18,118 bases of DNA from Candidatus Thorarchaeota archaeon (GTDB taxonomy: Archaea > Asgardarchaeota > Thorarchaeia > Thorarchaeales > Thorarchaeaceae), in contig JAEOUG010000186.1 of assembly GCA_016839445.1 (NCBI GenBank), positions 1 through 18,118 on the forward strand, written 5' to 3'. The first letter of the stretch is position 1. Each line of letters starts with the position of its first letter. The translations under genes and the position numbers were made by a program. Below, piece after piece: positions 15,836 through 18,118 of this stretch. The notes beneath the pieces were generated by a model. It ran no database searches and was not told the DNA's origin. It saw only the letters and a list, made by a program, of their open reading frames with translations.

Positions 15836-16903
15836 TCAAGGAACTCTCCTGACACGACAACCCTCATCAGTGTGGACTACTAGAGACGCTGCTCCAACGG
15901 CTTGTAAGGCCTCAGCCACATCCTCCTCTCGCCCTGGTGCAAGTGCCAGCATAGTCCCTCCGCCGCCGCTTCCATTAATCTTGCATCCGAGCGCCCCCGC
16001 CTCAAGGGCAGCTTCTATCATCCTCTCAATCTTGGGTGTGGACCGATGGAGGCCATCGCGCAGTAGCGCATGGTGCCTGTTGATGAGTTCTCCCAAGCGC
16101 TTCAGATCTGGTCGAGACTCTGAGAGGAGTTCTCTGGCTTCTCTCGTTATCTCGCGGTTCTGGATAGTGGTGAGGGTTGTAAGTCTGCAACTACGAGGGA
16201 GTTCATCCGCCTTGGCTGCAACTTCTTCTAATGGAGTGTGAAGCTGATGGAACTCCGGTATCTTCTCTCCAAGAATACGATATCCTTCTTCTGCGCTGCG
16301 ACGGATGTATGCAAGGTCTCCTACAGTGTCAGCCTTAGGCTCCCCTGAGTTTCCAATGACAAGCCCGGAGATATCGGGCTGCAATCGTGTGAGTTGGCTT
16401 GGGATCAGATGGATGAGATTACCGAAGACCGATGCATAGTGGTCCATCATCCCACCGCTCTCACCGAATTCCTTGACCTCCGCTTCGTAGGCCGAGACGG
16501 CGAGGTCTTCAGGGCTAAGTGTAGCTTCAGCCGAGGCCGCAAAGGCGCAGACGGATGCAACGGTAAGAGCTGAAGAGCTGGAAAGGCCTCCCGCCATTGG
16601 AATCGAGCCCGTGACATCTAGTCTGAGGCCGGAGGTCAAGCGGATGTCGCGCCTATACAGGTTGTTGAACGCACTCCTAAGGTAGTCTCTGACATGACGA
16701 TATGATGCCTCTTGGGCAACTGGGAATCTGTCTGTTTCTCCCGTGTCCTTGTATTCGACGGCAATAGCATCCCCTTCAATCGGTGTTGCCACTATTCGGA
16801 TGGTTAGATCGATGGCCGCAGCGATTATTGGTAGTCCAAGGTAGTCACTGTGTTCACCGAAGAGGCATACTCTTCCGGGTGCAATCACTTCGAGTCGGTC
16901 CAT
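15836..16903 (-). CDS. GHMP kinase, galactokinase-like
   Basis: APGRVCLFGEHSDY (variant of the galactokinase signature), PMAGGLSSSSA, GGMMDH and GCKINGSGGGG. Confidence 0.85.
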   Translation of the reverse strand: MDRLEVIAPGRVCLFGEHSDYLGLPIIAAAIDLTIRIVATPIEGDAIAVEYKDTGETDRFPVAQEASYRHVRDYLRSAFNNLYRRDIRLTSGLRLDVTGSIPMAGGLSSSSALTVASVCAFAASAEATLSPEDLAVSAYEAEVKEFGESGGMMDHYASVFGNLIHLIPSQLTRLQPDISGLVIGNSGEPKADTVGDLAYIRRSAEEGYRILGEKIPEFHQLHTPLEEVAAKADELPRSCRLTTLTTIQNREITREARELLSESRPDLKRLGELINRHHALLRDGLHRSTPKIERMIEAALEAGALGCKINGSGGGGTMLALAPGREEDVAEALQAVGAASLVVHTDEGCRVRRVP

Positions 16904-16906
16904 GAG

Positions 16907-17887
16907 TCAGTCCTCCGACAGAGAGAGGGACCAGAGGGTCTGTGTCCTCTCCACATCAAACTCGAACCTGTGATACATGGAGATGGCCTCCCGTTGAGTG
17001 AGTCCCGAGTCTGCGAAGGCTCGACTAATGCCCTTGTCCCTCATCACCTCGAGAAGCCTGAGGAACAGCGCGGATCCGATTCCTCTCCTCCTGAATTCCG
17101 GCAGGACTCCTGCTATTCCTATTGTTCCTCGGTCGAAGTAGTCCATTGCTCCGATTACTCGCCCATCCGCCTCCGCAACAAGTACCCTGTGTCCCATCTC
17201 CCCTCTGACGTATTTCAGATTCCATTCCTCGCTCCAAGACTCCCTGTTCCACCAGACGTTTGCCCTGTGAATCTTTGACACGTCCTCAGCGTCGCTCGGC
17301 CTGGCCGCGCGAATCTCCATATCCTCTGGCACTGATACCGAGGGCAACGGTTTCGTGAGGTCTCGTGAGACATAGATAGAGCTGTTGCCGATTGGCTGGG
17401 TTGTAGAGAACCTCGGATAGACCAGCACGTCATGACGCTGGAAGCCAAGTTTTCGGAGTAGTCCCTCACCTTCTACGTTGTCGCTGAATGTGAGAGCGTG
17501 GAGAAGGTCATATCCCTTTGCTCGCGAGTCCTCGATAACAGCCGTCAGAATGGATGTAGCAACCCCCCTTCCCCTGTGGTCCGGATGAACAACTAGGTTG
17601 CCTTGTGAGAAGTCCCACTTGACGCAGGGAGATATCCACTGCACCTCAACTTCGTTCAGTCCTGATTCAGTTACATGAGTAGTCTGAGCGTATCCAACTA
17701 TGCTGTCGTCAAAACCAGCAACCCAAACCTGGCTCTTCCCTCCACTGGACCAGTGCATCACGTCATCGGTCTGGACCTGTTTCCAGCCATAGACCGGGTC
17801 CAGCTCTTCTATGAGTCTAGAGAAGCCAAGGTTGTAGAGTCGGGCGATATCAGACTCCTCTCCGGTTCTTGCCAGCCTGACCTCCAT
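16907..17887 (-). CDS. Tandem (two-domain) GNAT N-acetyltransferase
   Basis: Two acetyl-CoA-binding motif A copies, VHPDHRGRGVA and VLPEFRRRGIG. Each domain begins with a (V/I)R-x-A motif and ends with an LGF-like or YHRFEF motif. Confidence 0.88.
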   Translation of the reverse strand: MEVRLARTGEESDIARLYNLGFSRLIEELDPVYGWKQVQTDDVMHWSSGGKSQVWVAGFDDSIVGYAQTTHVTESGLNEVEVQWISPCVKWDFSQGNLVVHPDHRGRGVATSILTAVIEDSRAKGYDLLHALTFSDNVEGEGLLRKLGFQRHDVLVYPRFSTTQPIGNSSIYVSRDLTKPLPSVSVPEDMEIRAARPSDAEDVSKIHRANVWWNRESWSEEWNLKYVRGEMGHRVLVAEADGRVIGAMDYFDRGTIGIAGVLPEFRRRGIGSALFLRLLEVMRDKGISRAFADSGLTQREAISMYHRFEFDVERTQTLWSLSLSED

Positions 17888-17928
17888 AGGCAGACCATGG
17901 GCCTCTGCAAGATGAATCTATCCAATTC

Positions 17929-18117
17929 CTACTTCGGCTCGACTGCCATCTTGATTGCAGTTGCGACATCTTCGGGAGTGATTCCTGGTGACTCTATGTT
18001 CACTTCGTTGTATGCTCGCCTGACTGAGGCCAGGACATCCTGTTCTGAGGTTCCAGTGCCTACCAGCGCGCTCTCAAGCTTTGTAATCGCGTCGATTGGC
18101 AGCATGAAGAAGTCACC
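17929..18117 (-). CDS. Partial: lipoate-protein ligase A C-terminal domain (LplB-like), start lies outside the window
   Basis: Not in the ORF track. Manual translation gives …GDFFMLPIDAITKLESALVGTGTSEQDVLASVRRAYNEVNIESPGITPEDVATAIKMAVEPK*. The GDFF..P…LE..L.G pattern is typical of the LplA C-terminal domain. Confidence 0.7.
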   Translation of the reverse strand, partial: GDFFMLPIDAITKLESALVGTGTSEQDVLASVRRAYNEVNIESPGITPEDVATAIKMAVEPK

Positions 18118-18118
18118 G

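Noticed and set aside
71-17469. Numerous antisense or nested ORFs (e.g. 71..565, 4198..4737, 9073..9648, 11567..12034, 15182..15643)
   Set aside because: These are shadow ORFs of well-supported genes and carry no motifs.
1-18118. CRISPR arrays, IS elements/integrases, tRNA/rRNA, defence systems
   Set aside because: No regularly spaced repeats, transposase or recombinase motifs, or RNA-gene signatures were seen. Intergenic gaps are all under about 165 bp.

Overview
Gene-dense, prokaryotic metabolic region with 16 complete CDS and one partial CDS at the right edge. It is probably archaeal: there are TATA-like boxes about 25-30 nt upstream of several starts, GGTGA/GAGGTG Shine-Dalgarno motifs, a short Fhs and an NRS-type FolD. 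An Asgard/Thorarchaeia origin is plausible but is only inference. Left to right: a hypothetical protein, an ATP-NAD kinase-family protein, a SAM hydrolase (DUF62), a Cys-rich DUF5714-like protein, a saccharopine dehydrogenase-like / FGGY kinase / PNPOx-like operon, an orphan GAF histidine kinase, a QW-repeat alpha/alpha-barrel protein, an Old Yellow Enzyme plus a form IV RuBisCO-like protein (RLP) transcribed divergently from fhs-folD-fused FTCD, then a GHMP/galactokinase-like kinase, a tandem GNAT and the C-terminus of a lipoate-ligase domain. Three things stand out: (i) an RLP with a non-canonical active site, head-to-head with a formate/THF C1 module across a structured spacer; (ii) a RanBP2/NZF-spaced Cys4 insertion inside the FGGY kinase; (iii) an animal-like fused FTCD. 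I saw no mobile elements, CRISPR arrays, tRNA or rRNA.
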